From Minisyncoccota bacterium (GTDB taxonomy: Bacteria > Patescibacteriota > Minisyncoccia > UBA6257 > 02-FULL-45-10c): a stretch of 64,000 bases of DNA. Every line of letters starts with the position of its first letter. Position 1 is the first letter of the stretch. The translations under genes were made by a program, and so were the position numbers. The notes below the pieces were generated by a model. The model worked only from the letters and a program-made list of their open reading frames with translations. It made no database searches and was not told the origin of the DNA. The stretch spans positions 30,203 through 94,202 of the forward strand of contig JAQUPE010000001.1 in the NCBI GenBank assembly GCA_028716745.1. The letters are read 5' to 3'. Below, in pieces: positions 49,086 to 58,945 of this stretch.

Positions 49086-50948
49086 TTATTGCTTCGGTTC
49101 CTGATTTGGTTCCTGGTTAGGCTCTTGCTTGGGTTCTCCGGCCGGCTGGTTTTTATACATTTCCTGGCCGATTTTTTGAATTTCTGCGGAAAGATCGGCA
49201 ATTGCCGAGCGGATTGCCTGAGAATCGCTGCCGTCTTTAACCGATTTTAATCCTTCTATCTTCTTGTTTACCGCATCTTTAATGTCTTGGCTGATTTTAT
49301 CTCCGGCTTCGCGCAAAGATTTTTCAGAAACATAAATAAGATTTTCGGCATTATTGCGCGCTTCGGCCAATTCCTTTTTCTTTTTGTCTTCTTCGCTGTG
49401 CTGAGCGGCGTCTTGTTTCAATTTTTCTATTTCTGCCTTGGATAAGTTAGTCGAGGCTTCAATTTTAACAGATTGAGTTTTGCCTGAAGCCTTGTCTTTG
49501 GCGGAAACATTTACAATTCCATTCGCATCAATGTCAAAAGAAACTTCAATTTGCGGAATACCGCGCGGAGCCGGCGGGATTCCATCAAGTACAAATCTGG
49601 CTAAAGTTTTATTATCAGCAGCCATTTCTCTTTCTCCCTGCAAGACGTGGATTTCTACGGATGTTTGGCTATCGGACGCGGTGGAAAATACTTGAGACTT
49701 TGCAGTCGGAACAGTCGTATTTTTTTCTATTAATTTTGTGGATACTCCGCCCAATGTTTCAATTCCCAAAGAAAGGGGAGTAACGTCTAAGAGTAAAACA
49801 TCTTTTATGTCGCCCTGGAGAATTCCTCCTTGGGTCGCGGCTCCGAGAGCTACAACTTCGTCCGGGTTTATTCCTTTATGCGGTTCTTTTCCAAAAGCAT
49901 TTTTAACTGCATTTTGTATTGCCGGCATTCTTGTTTGTCCGCCGACTAAAACAATTTCATCAATATCTTTCAAATCAAACCCGGCGTCCTTGACGGTTTT
50001 TTTAGTAAGCTCAATTGATTTATCAATCATGTCTTTTACAAGCTCTTCCAATTTTGCGCGGGTCATCTTCATTAAGAAGTGTTTTGGACCTGCAGCATCG
50101 GATGTGATGTAGGGGAGATTGATTTCTGTTTCAACTGCGGAAGAGAGTTCGTGCTTGGCTTTTTCAGCTGCTTCTTTCAGGCGCTGAAGAGCTAAAGAAT
50201 CTTTTGAAATATCTATACCCTCCTGTTTTTTATATTCATTGGCTAGATATTCATTTATTCTTTTATCAAAATCGTCTCCGCCCAAATGCGTGTCTCCGCC
50301 GGTTCCTTTAACTTCCACTGTGTCGGAGCTGACTTCCAAAACGGAAATATCAAAAGTTCCGCCTCCAAAATCGTAAACAACAATTTTTTCGTTTTTTTGC
50401 TTGTCCAATCCGTAGGCCAAGGCAGCGGCTGTCGGTTCGTTTATAATTCTGCGGACTTTTAATCCGGCGATTTCCCCTGCGTTTTTAGTGGCCTGTCTTT
50501 GACTGTCGTCAAAATAAGCCGGTACGGTGATTACCGCTTCTTCTATTTTTTCTCCAAGTTTGGCTTCGGCATCGGCTTTCAGTTTGGCGAGCGTCATAGC
50601 CGAAATTGCTTCCGGTGAATACCACTTGTCTCCCATTTTTACTTCAACTCCGCCATTGGCAGAGGCTTGAATTTCGTAGGGAAGCCACTTTTTATCAAGC
50701 TGAACTTCCGGATCGCTGAATTTTCTTCCAATCAATCTTTTAACCGAAAAGATCGTATTTTTCGGATTAGTGACGGCCTGGCGCTTAGCCAAAAGCCCGA
50801 CCAATCTTTCATTGGTTTTATTTATTGCGGCTATCGACGGGGTAGTGCGGTTGCCCTCGGCGTTTTCCAATATTTCCGGCTGTCCGGCGATTACCACCGC
50901 TACTGCCGAGTTAGTTGTTCCTAAATCTATTCCTATAATTTTTGACAT
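49086..50948 (-). CDS. dnaK: Chaperone DnaK
   Basis: [24 protein letters not shown]. Confidence 0.99.
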   Translation of the reverse strand: MSKIIGIDLGTTNSAVAVVIAGQPEILENAEGNRTTPSIAAINKTNERLVGLLAKRQAVTNPKNTIFSVKRLIGRKFSDPEVQLDKKWLPYEIQASANGGVEVKMGDKWYSPEAISAMTLAKLKADAEAKLGEKIEEAVITVPAYFDDSQRQATKNAGEIAGLKVRRIINEPTAAALAYGLDKQKNEKIVVYDFGGGTFDISVLEVSSDTVEVKGTGGDTHLGGDDFDKRINEYLANEYKKQEGIDISKDSLALQRLKEAAEKAKHELSSAVETEINLPYITSDAAGPKHFLMKMTRAKLEELVKDMIDKSIELTKKTVKDAGFDLKDIDEIVLVGGQTRMPAIQNAVKNAFGKEPHKGINPDEVVALGAATQGGILQGDIKDVLLLDVTPLSLGIETLGGVSTKLIEKNTTVPTAKSQVFSTASDSQTSVEIHVLQGEREMAADNKTLARFVLDGIPPAPRGIPQIEVSFDIDANGIVNVSAKDKASGKTQSVKIEASTNLSKAEIEKLKQDAAQHSEEDKKKKELAEARNNAENLIYVSEKSLREAGDKISQDIKDAVNKKIEGLKSVKDGSDSQAIRSAIADLSAEIQKIGQEMYKNQPAGEPKQEPNQEPNQEPKQ

Positions 50949-50963
50949 ATTTTTATTTATTTT

Positions 50964-51449
50964 TTATTTTTGTTTTGCGACTTTGACTTTGGCTGGCCTA
51001 ATTATTTTTTCGTGGAGTTTCCAGCCTTTTACTATTTCCTCCACTATTGTTTCCGGTTCTTTATCCGATTCAACTTCTCCTATCGATTCGTGAATTTCCG
51101 GATTAAACTTTTCTCCGATAGATTTTATTTTTTCCAGTCCGTTTTGGCTTAAAACTTTTTCTAATTGCGAATGGATTATTTCAAATCCTTTTTTAGTCTT
51201 TTCATCGGCTGCGTTCATCGTTGCGTATGAGAGTTCAAAGCTATCCAGTACCGGCAATAATTCTTTAATTAATTCCAGATTTCCGTATTTTATCGCCTCG
51301 GTAAATCTTTTCATTTCGTCTTTCTGATAATTTATATAATCCGCTTTTGCCCTTTTCCATCCGTTCAGATAATCTTCTTTTTCTTTTTCCAGCTTGGCGA
51401 TTTTTTCGTTCAGTTCGCCTTCGTTATTAATTTGGTTATTTTCTTCCAT
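50964..51449 (-). CDS. grpE: Nucleotide exchange factor GrpE
   Basis: RAKADYINY, LLPVLD, FNPEIHE, IRPAKVKV. Confidence 0.96.
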   Translation of the reverse strand: MEENNQINNEGELNEKIAKLEKEKEDYLNGWKRAKADYINYQKDEMKRFTEAIKYGNLELIKELLPVLDSFELSYATMNAADEKTKKGFEIIHSQLEKVLSQNGLEKIKSIGEKFNPEIHESIGEVESDKEPETIVEEIVKGWKLHEKIIRPAKVKVAKQK

Positions 51450-52155
51450 GTTTTTTTGTTGATTCTTTTATTTGTTTTAAAATTTTCAAATTCTTTTGAT
51501 AGTCCATCCTTTTCGAGCCGATGGCGGCGAGATAAAATCTTTCTCCGCCGATATTATAACCGTCGATTATCACCGCAAGGTTATCGCTCGTGGTGATCGG
51601 GCTCTTTTTGCCGATGAATATCTGGGGTTCAGTTGTATGGCCGAGAATTTCCGGAATCATTTTTAATTTTTCATCAAGATCTTCGAAGTCGCGCGCTATT
51701 TCATAAAAATCATTTTTAGAATCAAGCTCGAGCTGTCCAAAGAGTTCGTCTAGTCCGCTCTTATATATAGTAGGGGAGTTGGTTTGGTATCCGGCGCCCA
51801 ATAGGCCCATTTCATGAGAAACTTCATCTATAAAGCTAGGCCATTGTCGGCTGGAAAGAACATCTATTAATTGATTGATGTGTTTTCCGGTCGAAGATAC
51901 CGAATTCATCAGGTTTTCAATGGTCTGGCCGACTAAATATTGATACCCCTTATTAGTAGGGACGCGGCCTCCGGAAGTGTGCGGCTGAGCCAAAAAACCT
52001 TCTTTTGTAAGGTTATTTAATTCGTTTCTTATAGTGGCGTCTTTAACGCCAAAGCCATATTTTTTCCCGAGATGTTTTGAGCTAATTGGCTTGCCGCTGG
52101 CTATATATTCCTGAACGGCAGCTTCTAAAATTTCATAAGTTCTTTCATTAAACAT
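51436..52155 (-). CDS. hrcA: Heat-inducible repressor HrcA
   Basis: ATIRNE, QPHTSGGRVPT.KGY, GSKRMDY. Confidence 0.95.
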   Translation of the reverse strand: MFNERTYEILEAAVQEYIASGKPISSKHLGKKYGFGVKDATIRNELNNLTKEGFLAQPHTSGGRVPTNKGYQYLVGQTIENLMNSVSSTGKHINQLIDVLSSRQWPSFIDEVSHEMGLLGAGYQTNSPTIYKSGLDELFGQLELDSKNDFYEIARDFEDLDEKLKMIPEILGHTTEPQIFIGKKSPITTSDNLAVIIDGYNIGGERFYLAAIGSKRMDYQKNLKILKQIKESTKKHGRK

Positions 52156-52173
52156 ATTGTTATTTTATCCATT

Positions 52174-52200
52174 TTAGCACTCTTGTCAAGAGAGTGCTAA
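52174..52200. promoter_or_regulatory. CIRCE element overlapping the hrcA -35
   Basis: TTAGCACTC-N9-GAGTGCTAA, perfect; TTGACA (minus strand) lies in the spacer. Confidence 0.97.
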
Positions 52201-52253
52201 TCCGTTTTTGTTAATAAAAAAACCGCGATCGTCATGTAACTGACTTTCGCGGT

Positions 52254-52955
52254 CTACCACGTATCGTATTCCTTATTATTGTATTCAACGTCTTGGATTT
52301 CTTTTATCCGAGCCGCTTTTCGTCTGCTGCCGTTTTTACTCATGTCATAAACGACCGCATTAACGATTTTCGGCCCTGCCATTTTGATGGCTACTTTCAG
52401 ATCTTTTCTGCCTCGGATTTGCCGGGCGAGTTTTCCGAAAGCGGACAGCTTCATGTCTTCCGACCCGAGCCCTATGATGCAGGTAAGATCTTCATAGCTG
52501 TTTCTTTTTTGCAGAAGCAGCTCGCAGGCCTCATCAACAATTCCGGTCCATCTGATTAAATATCTCAGATCATCAGACGTGGGATTATTGTTGAGAATTA
52601 TTTTTCCGATTGTCTTTTTCAGTTTCACGGAAAAATCGAGCACAACTTGAAGATCGTCTCCGAAGAAAACGGTCCGGGTCAGATTTTCCCATCCGCAGGA
52701 ACGTTCCCTCATAGATTCTATTCCGCTCATGACCCTTCTGAGTTCGTGGTTGCATATTGTTTTTTTGGAAACCACGTCGGAAAACACGTCCTTAAAGGAC
52801 TCTATGTGCCCGAGCAGAAGGTTGGTGCTGGTATGGATTGACTGTATGGCGAGAAGGCCGCGGCTGTTCTTTGCTTGCTTGAAAGTCTTGATGATGTGTT
52901 TTTCCAGAGAATTTGTAATATCTCGAAATTCTTGGATGAATACATTTATTTTCAT
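52254..52955 (-). CDS. Helical hypothetical protein with PT.DDL repeats (orphan cassette)
   Basis: SD GGAGGT before ATG 52955; ILNNNPTSDDLRYLI and LLQKRNSYEDLTCII. Confidence 0.7.
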   Translation of the reverse strand: MKINVFIQEFRDITNSLEKHIIKTFKQAKNSRGLLAIQSIHTSTNLLLGHIESFKDVFSDVVSKKTICNHELRRVMSGIESMRERSCGWENLTRTVFFGDDLQVVLDFSVKLKKTIGKIILNNNPTSDDLRYLIRWTGIVDEACELLLQKRNSYEDLTCIIGLGSEDMKLSAFGKLARQIRGRKDLKVAIKMAGPKIVNAVVYDMSKNGSRRKAARIKEIQDVEYNNKEYDTW

Positions 52956-53082
52956 ATTACCTCCGTATTTTTTTAGAACTGACGTTATTTTGCATTTAAA
53001 TGGCTGTTTTGTCAAATAAAATTTTGTATTCTTATAAATTTTTGGAATAAAAAAAGCCGCCCCTCAACAGATTCGGGACGGC

Positions 53083-53520
53083 TTACTCCTTCGGCTGGTC
53101 TATGACCATCAGCGCTCGGCAGGGGACCTCGTCGGGATTAGAAATCTTTTCTCTGGCTTCTTTCATCCAGTAGTCCAGATGTTCCCGGCTGACATATTTT
53201 GCTATGAGTTTCAGATCATCCCTTGTCGGTTTTTGTTCCAGGATCTTGTTCGCTATGCCGGCTATAAGCAGTTGGCTGTACTGCAGGATGTAGCTATAGA
53301 CGCTCATGAGTTTAGAACTGAGCGAATATTCTTTCATCCTTTTTTCGATTATAGCCATGGCATATTTGAGTCTTACGAGAAGAATCTTGAGGGACCTGTT
53401 GTTGTGGTCCTTTTTCCAGAACTCGTCCCAGAACTCGATGAGCTCCATTTCTACATTGTCGAGGAGTTCGACTTCTGATTTTCTCAGGAGTTCTTCCTCA
53501 AACTCATCCTTTTTGCTCAT
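53083..53520 (-). CDS. Helical hypothetical protein (orphan cassette)
   Basis: SD AAGGGGGTGA; ILEQKPTRDDLKLI motif shared with the neighbouring gene. Confidence 0.7.
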   Translation of the reverse strand: MSKKDEFEEELLRKSEVELLDNVEMELIEFWDEFWKKDHNNRSLKILLVRLKYAMAIIEKRMKEYSLSSKLMSVYSYILQYSQLLIAGIANKILEQKPTRDDLKLIAKYVSREHLDYWMKEAREKISNPDEVPCRALMVIDQPKE

Positions 53521-53645
53521 AGGTTTTTCACCCCCTTGGTGTATTAAGTTGTAAATATTTCGATGGCTTTATAATACATTAAAATTGCCATTTTGTCAAA
53601 CTAAAAAGGAAACTAAAAATAGTTCTGTTTTTGTTGTATATTTAC

Positions 53646-54563
53646 ATGATGAAAACAAAAATAAATAAAATTTTAATTATTTCTATGGCGGCTCTTGCGG
53701 TTGCAGTTGTTGCTCTCGCAATAAGATTTACTTTGGGCGGTCCTGAGGACAGCTGGATTTGCAGCGATGGCCAATGGGTTAAGCACGGCAATCCGTCTGT
53801 ATCTCAGCCGGACACTCTTTGCGGAAATTCCGGTGAAATTATAGAACCGAAGATTGTCGTGACTGCGCCGAGGCAGAATCAGATTATCAGCGGCCCTTTT
53901 GAAATTTCGGGGAAGGCTAAGACTTGGTATTTTGAAGGAAGTTTTCCGGTGAGCTTGGTTGATTCGCAAAATAATAAAATTGCAGCCGGTTATGCCAAGG
54001 CGATGGGCGAGTGGATGACGGCAGAATATGTTCCGTTTCAATTAGGAGACATGAAATTTTTATCTTATCCAAAAGCTACGACCAGCGGATTCGTTGTTTT
54101 TCAAAAAGATAATCCGTCGGATATGCGCGAACTAGACGAAGAATTCCGCGTGCCGGTAACAATTGCTCCGATGCAAACAGTAAAAGTTAAGCTTTATTTC
54201 AATAATAATAAGCTTGATCCGGAAATTTCCTGCAATAAAGTTTTTCCGGCGGAAAGAGAAATAATAAAAACTCAGGCTTTAGCCAGGGCGGCTGTTGAAG
54301 AATTATTGAAGGGTCCGTCGCAAACTGAAATAGAACAAGGATTTTCTACGATTATTAATTATGGCGTTAAAATTCAAAGTTTAGTTATAGAAAATAATAT
54401 TGCCAGAATTGATTTTAATGAAACGCTTGATAATCCGGGCGGAGGATCATGCCGTGTTTCCGCAATCCGCGCGCAAATCACGCAAACTTTAAAACAATTT
54501 TCATCGGTTAAGGACGTAATAATTTCTATAAACGGAGAAACAGAAACCATTCTACAGCCTTAG
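53646..54563 (+). CDS. Gmad2 Ig-like plus GerMN domain surface protein
   Basis: EDSWIC..G.W.KHG.P, WYFEGSFPV, GGSCRVSAIRAQITQTLKQF. Confidence 0.85.
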   Translation: MMKTKINKILIISMAALAVAVVALAIRFTLGGPEDSWICSDGQWVKHGNPSVSQPDTLCGNSGEIIEPKIVVTAPRQNQIISGPFEISGKAKTWYFEGSFPVSLVDSQNNKIAAGYAKAMGEWMTAEYVPFQLGDMKFLSYPKATTSGFVVFQKDNPSDMRELDEEFRVPVTIAPMQTVKVKLYFNNNKLDPEISCNKVFPAEREIIKTQALARAAVEELLKGPSQTEIEQGFSTIINYGVKIQSLVIENNIARIDFNETLDNPGGGSCRVSAIRAQITQTLKQFSSVKDVIISINGETETILQP

Positions 54564-54684
54564 TGATGCCTGAATAATAGTTGGTTTTTATTTAGAGGCG
54601 TTGTATTATCACGTTAGTTTTTTAATAAATTGGCGAGCTGGTTTCATCCAGAGAGCCAAAATTAACTAAAGGAGGGAGACCCTT

Positions 54685-55461
54685 ATGGGGAGCCTGGTAA
54701 AGGAGACGCCGTACTCCGAAATTACGGCAACGCTGGAGGTATTGGAAAGGCAGGGAATAACCCGGGAGCACTTCAAGAAGATTCGCGCCGATTCGGTTTT
54801 TGCCAAACGGCTTTCGGGCGTAGCTTGCGGAACATGGCCCGGCAGTATGCCGGTACATGATGATTATGCGTTCAATCTATGGAGAAAATTTTATAAAGAA
54901 ATTTTCGACATAGATGAAGATTTGTATGAGGCTTTAAAAAGAGCTATCCCGGAAAGCCAATTTGATTTTTCCTGGATGGTGATTATGCACAAAAGGATAA
55001 CCTCTTTTACTCAGATATTTCGGGCCTTTGATTATCTTGGCGTAAAGTACGCCGATCATTTTTTGGGCTTTGAGATAAATGAGCTCGACGGATTATTTGC
55101 AAATGAAAGAGATCCAAAGAATGGCAGCTACTTAATTCGTGTTAGAAACAGGCAGGAGGCAGATGTAGAATTAAAGGATTTGTCAGCAGATAATTTAAAA
55201 ACCAAATGCATTAAAAGCATAACGGTTCTTGAGCGCTTAATGCTCGAATTGATTTTTTTCTGGACAACGGGCGGGCACTTAGATACCGGATCGAGGCTTA
55301 CTCTTTGCAGCGGCTCGCGCTTCCTTCCGGGAGGTTACAAAATACCGGCCGTTCGCTGGTTCAATCAGGGGCATGATGATCCTAATCAGCACCTGAGTTA
55401 CGGTACTTGCAGTTTTGTTAGTACCGGTTGGTCATCTCGCCAGGTGCTTTCCTGGAGATAG
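54685..55461 (+). CDS. Hypothetical protein, possible C-type-lectin-like fold (orphan cassette)
   Basis: EADVELKDLSA, ITVLERL, GHLD...TLCSGSR, C-terminal SRQV; SD AAGGAGGG. Confidence 0.7.
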   Translation: MGSLVKETPYSEITATLEVLERQGITREHFKKIRADSVFAKRLSGVACGTWPGSMPVHDDYAFNLWRKFYKEIFDIDEDLYEALKRAIPESQFDFSWMVIMHKRITSFTQIFRAFDYLGVKYADHFLGFEINELDGLFANERDPKNGSYLIRVRNRQEADVELKDLSADNLKTKCIKSITVLERLMLELIFFWTTGGHLDTGSRLTLCSGSRFLPGGYKIPAVRWFNQGHDDPNQHLSYGTCSFVSTGWSSRQVLSWR

Positions 55462-55595
55462 TACCCAGGAGTTTTAGCCGCGTTTTCAGAGAACGCGGTT
55501 TTTTTATTGTTTATCCAAAAAATTTTAGGGTCCGATAAAAGAAAGGACTTTATCCACTTGCTATTTTTTGATAAATTGGTTAAATTAAATTGCAA

Positions 55596-56822
55596 ATGAA
55601 GAGCAAGAATTTACTATTTTTTATTGTCGTTGCCTTAGCCATAGGGGCGGCTTTTTTTGTTTATCCGAAGAGTCCGATTCTTTATCAAAGCTCTCCGTGG
55701 CGCTTGGGTTTGGATTTAGTTGGCGGAAGCTATTTGGTTTATGAAGTTGATATGTCCTCGGTAGCTGCCGGAGATAAAGATATAGTCATGAACGGGCTTA
55801 GAGACGTTATAGAAAAAAGAGTAAATCTTTTCGGCGTAGCCGAGCCTAGAGTTACCGCTTCCAGAGCCGGGGGTAATTATCGCTTAAATGTAGAGTTAGC
55901 CGGTATTAAAGATATAAATGAAGCTATTAAAATGATAGGCGAAACGCCATTTTTGTATTTTGCCGAAACGGATAGCACCGATCCGGAAAAGCCTAAATTT
56001 ACAATGACGGAATTGACCGGAAGATATTTAAAAAAAGCTCAGCTTACTTTCAGCCAATTAGGCTTGCCAGAGGTTTCTTTGGAGTTTAACGATGAAGGCG
56101 CAAAGATTTTTGAAGATATTACTACCAAAAATGTCGGGAAATTAGTTTCAATTTTTTTGGATAGAGATCTAATAGAATCAGCGAGAGTCAATGAGCCGAT
56201 TGCCGGAGGCAAGGCGCAAATCAGCGGAATTAACAGCACTAAAGACGCAAAGAAGCTGGTGGAGCGTCTTAATGCAGGAGCTTTGCCGGCGCCGATTAAA
56301 TTGATAAATCAGCAGACGCTCAGCGCTTCTTTGGGACAAGATTCTTTGCAAAAAACCATTTGGGCCGGTATTTACGGAACTTTGGCAGTTATTTTATTCA
56401 TGCTTTTGTATTATCACGGTCTCGGATTTTTTGCGGCGGTGGCCTTGTTTATATATATAGTATTAACCTTGGCGGTATTCAAAATTTTCTCCGTTACAAT
56501 GACGTTGGCGGGAATAGCAGGATTTATTTTGACTATCGGCATGGCGGTAGATGCAAATATTTTAATATTTGAAAGAACTAAAGAAGAAAGGAAGAGGGGG
56601 TTGAACAAGGCTGCGGCGGTAGCCGAAGGATTCAAAAGAGCCTGGACTTCGATCCGCGATTCCAATTTGGCTACAATTTTAACCGCGCTTATTCTTTATA
56701 ATTTCACATCGGGCTTTGTTAAAGGTTTTGCGCTTACTTTATTGATAGGAGTACTGATCAGCATGTTCACAGCCATAACTGTTACAAGAAATTTATTAAA
56801 TATTTTTTACGTAAAAGAATAA
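55596..56822 (+). CDS. secD: Protein translocase subunit SecD
   Basis: LGLDLVGG, LNAGALP, IGMAVDANILIFER. Confidence 0.97.
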   Translation: MKSKNLLFFIVVALAIGAAFFVYPKSPILYQSSPWRLGLDLVGGSYLVYEVDMSSVAAGDKDIVMNGLRDVIEKRVNLFGVAEPRVTASRAGGNYRLNVELAGIKDINEAIKMIGETPFLYFAETDSTDPEKPKFTMTELTGRYLKKAQLTFSQLGLPEVSLEFNDEGAKIFEDITTKNVGKLVSIFLDRDLIESARVNEPIAGGKAQISGINSTKDAKKLVERLNAGALPAPIKLINQQTLSASLGQDSLQKTIWAGIYGTLAVILFMLLYYHGLGFFAAVALFIYIVLTLAVFKIFSVTMTLAGIAGFILTIGMAVDANILIFERTKEERKRGLNKAAAVAEGFKRAWTSIRDSNLATILTALILYNFTSGFVKGFALTLLIGVLISMFTAITVTRNLLNIFYVKE

Positions 56823-56823
56823 T

Positions 56824-57711
56824 ATGTTTAATTTAATCAAATATAAAAATTTATTTATCGGATTTTCCCTGATTTTGACGATAGCGGCGGTGGCAAGCAT
56901 CGCAACTTACGGCTATAAATGGGGAATAGATTTTGAAGGAGGAACTTTGTGGCAAATAAAGTTTATTAAAGATGCTCCTGCGGTAGAAACCGTTAAGGCA
57001 GAAATAAAAAGCATTGCCGGACTGGAAGATTCGATAATCACGGAAGATTTTTCCAGCGCGACATTTTTAATCAGAACAAAAGAAATTTCCGAAATTCAGC
57101 ATCAGGAATATTCAGATGTTATAAAAACAAAATTAGGGGATTTCGAAGAGTTCCGTTTTGAAAGCATCGGCCCTGCGATTGGAAAAGAGCTTCGCGGAAA
57201 AGCCATTACCGCTTTTATCTTGGTGCTTTTAGGCATTTCATTTTATATAGCGTTTGCCTTCAGGAAGGTTTCTTATCCGGTTAGTTCCTGGAAATATGGA
57301 TTTTCTACATTAATAAGCTTGTTCCACGATGCTTTAATACCGGCTGGAATATATGCTTTTCTTGGCCACATTAGAATGGTGGAAGTTGATTCAAATTTTA
57401 TAGTGGCGCTTTTGGTAGTTATGGGCTTTTCAGTTCACGACACCATTGTTGTGTTTGATAGGATCCGCGAGAATTTGCTTGTTCAAAGAGGAAAGAAATT
57501 TGAGGAGGTTATCAATATCAGCGTAAATCAGACATTTGCCCGCTCGGTTAATACTTCTTTGACGCTGGTTTTGGTGCTTTTAGCTCTCTATCTATTTGGC
57601 GCAGCTTCGCTTAGCTACTTTGTCCTGTTAATATTGATTGGAACGATCATTGGAACTTATTCTTCCATCTTCGTGGCCAGCCCAGTTCTTACCTATTTAC
57701 AAAAAAAGTAA
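56824..57711 (+). CDS. secF: Protein translocase subunit SecF
   Basis: GIDFEGG, GFSVHDTIVVFDRIRE, GTYSSIFVA. Confidence 0.97.
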   Translation: MFNLIKYKNLFIGFSLILTIAAVASIATYGYKWGIDFEGGTLWQIKFIKDAPAVETVKAEIKSIAGLEDSIITEDFSSATFLIRTKEISEIQHQEYSDVIKTKLGDFEEFRFESIGPAIGKELRGKAITAFILVLLGISFYIAFAFRKVSYPVSSWKYGFSTLISLFHDALIPAGIYAFLGHIRMVEVDSNFIVALLVVMGFSVHDTIVVFDRIRENLLVQRGKKFEEVINISVNQTFARSVNTSLTLVLVLLALYLFGAASLSYFVLLILIGTIIGTYSSIFVASPVLTYLQKK

Positions 57712-57789
57712 TCTATGGTATAATGTTATCAACATAAATTAATAGGCACTTGCTTTATTTTATGTTTTAATTTATAATATATTCACATT

Positions 57790-58830
57790 ATGGATATCAA
57801 AATAGGACAATTAGTTAATGACTTGCTTCGCGGCCTTGATTCCAGGCAGAAAGAAGTTCTGGAAAAGAGGTATGGCTTGAAGGACGGCAAGAATATGACC
57901 CTGGAAGCTTTGGGTGATATTTATGGCGTCACCAGAGAAAGAATGAGGCAGATTCAGAATTCAGCTTTAGAAAAGCTGAAGGCATCCGACAAAAACGGTC
58001 TTTTGGCGAAATTCACCAAAAAGGTTAGCGACCACTTAAAAAATGTCGGTGGTCTCAGAAGAGAGACTTTGCTTTTGGCTGATTTGCAGCTCTTATTTGC
58101 GGAATCATCTTCTTCTGTCTTGGACAATAAGGCAAAATTCTTAATGGAAGTTGCCGGATTTGATTATTCGCCGGAAGATAAGAGTTTTTACTCTTATTGG
58201 TTTTTAAATAATGAAAATAAAAAGAAAGCGACTGACTTTGTTGCTAAGCTCGCCAAGTTTTTGGAAAGCAAAAAGCAAACTGTTGTTACAGCTGGAACTA
58301 TAGATAAAATTTTTAAAGAAGCTATTAAGCCGCATAATTTGAAAGAATTGGTGGCTTTGAATTATATTTCTGCTTCCAAGAAATTCCATGTAAATCAGTT
58401 TGGAGATTTCGGATTGTCTAATTGGTCCGAAGTAAATCCTAAAACTGTCCGTGATTGGGCGCATTTGATTTTAAGAAAAGAAAATAAGCCTCTTCACTTT
58501 ACGGAAATAGCCAAAATGATCGGCAATGTCCGCGATGTTTCAAAAGTTATGAATCCCCAGACTGTCCATAACGAGCTTATAAAAGATATTCGCTTTGTTT
58601 TGGTTGGCCGCGGAATTTATGGATTGAAGGAGTGCGGGTTTGAACCGGGCACTACTAAAGAGGTAATGGTTCGTCTTTTAAAACAGAAGGGACCGATGTC
58701 TCCGGATGAATTATTGAAGATGGTTTTGAAAGAGAGAATTTTGAAAAAGAATACTATCCTCGTTAATTTGCAGAATAAGAAGCATTTTAAGAGATTGGAA
58801 GACGGCCGATATTCGGTTAATATGGCCTAA
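57790..58830 (+). CDS. Sigma region-4 HTH fused to HARE-HTH/RNAP-delta-like domains
   Basis: TLEALG..YGVTRERMRQI, PLHFTEIA, TVHNELI...FVLVGRG.YGL. Confidence 0.8.
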   Translation: MDIKIGQLVNDLLRGLDSRQKEVLEKRYGLKDGKNMTLEALGDIYGVTRERMRQIQNSALEKLKASDKNGLLAKFTKKVSDHLKNVGGLRRETLLLADLQLLFAESSSSVLDNKAKFLMEVAGFDYSPEDKSFYSYWFLNNENKKKATDFVAKLAKFLESKKQTVVTAGTIDKIFKEAIKPHNLKELVALNYISASKKFHVNQFGDFGLSNWSEVNPKTVRDWAHLILRKENKPLHFTEIAKMIGNVRDVSKVMNPQTVHNELIKDIRFVLVGRGIYGLKECGFEPGTTKEVMVRLLKQKGPMSPDELLKMVLKERILKKNTILVNLQNKKHFKRLEDGRYSVNMA

Positions 58831-58945
58831 GAAATCATAAACAAACAAAATTAAGGGAGCAGATGTGAGTTCGTCATGTAAATGGCAGACTCACAATTGC
58901 TCCCTTTTTTAATTCTAAAATTAAGGTTAAAATAAAGATAATCGC

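Noticed and set aside
53631-53652. Half-copy of the 42-bp site (GTTGTATATT) at the far end of the minus-strand block, suggesting an inversion
   Set aside because: Only 10 bp match with no second arm. Better explained as a -10-like element just before ATG 53646/53649.
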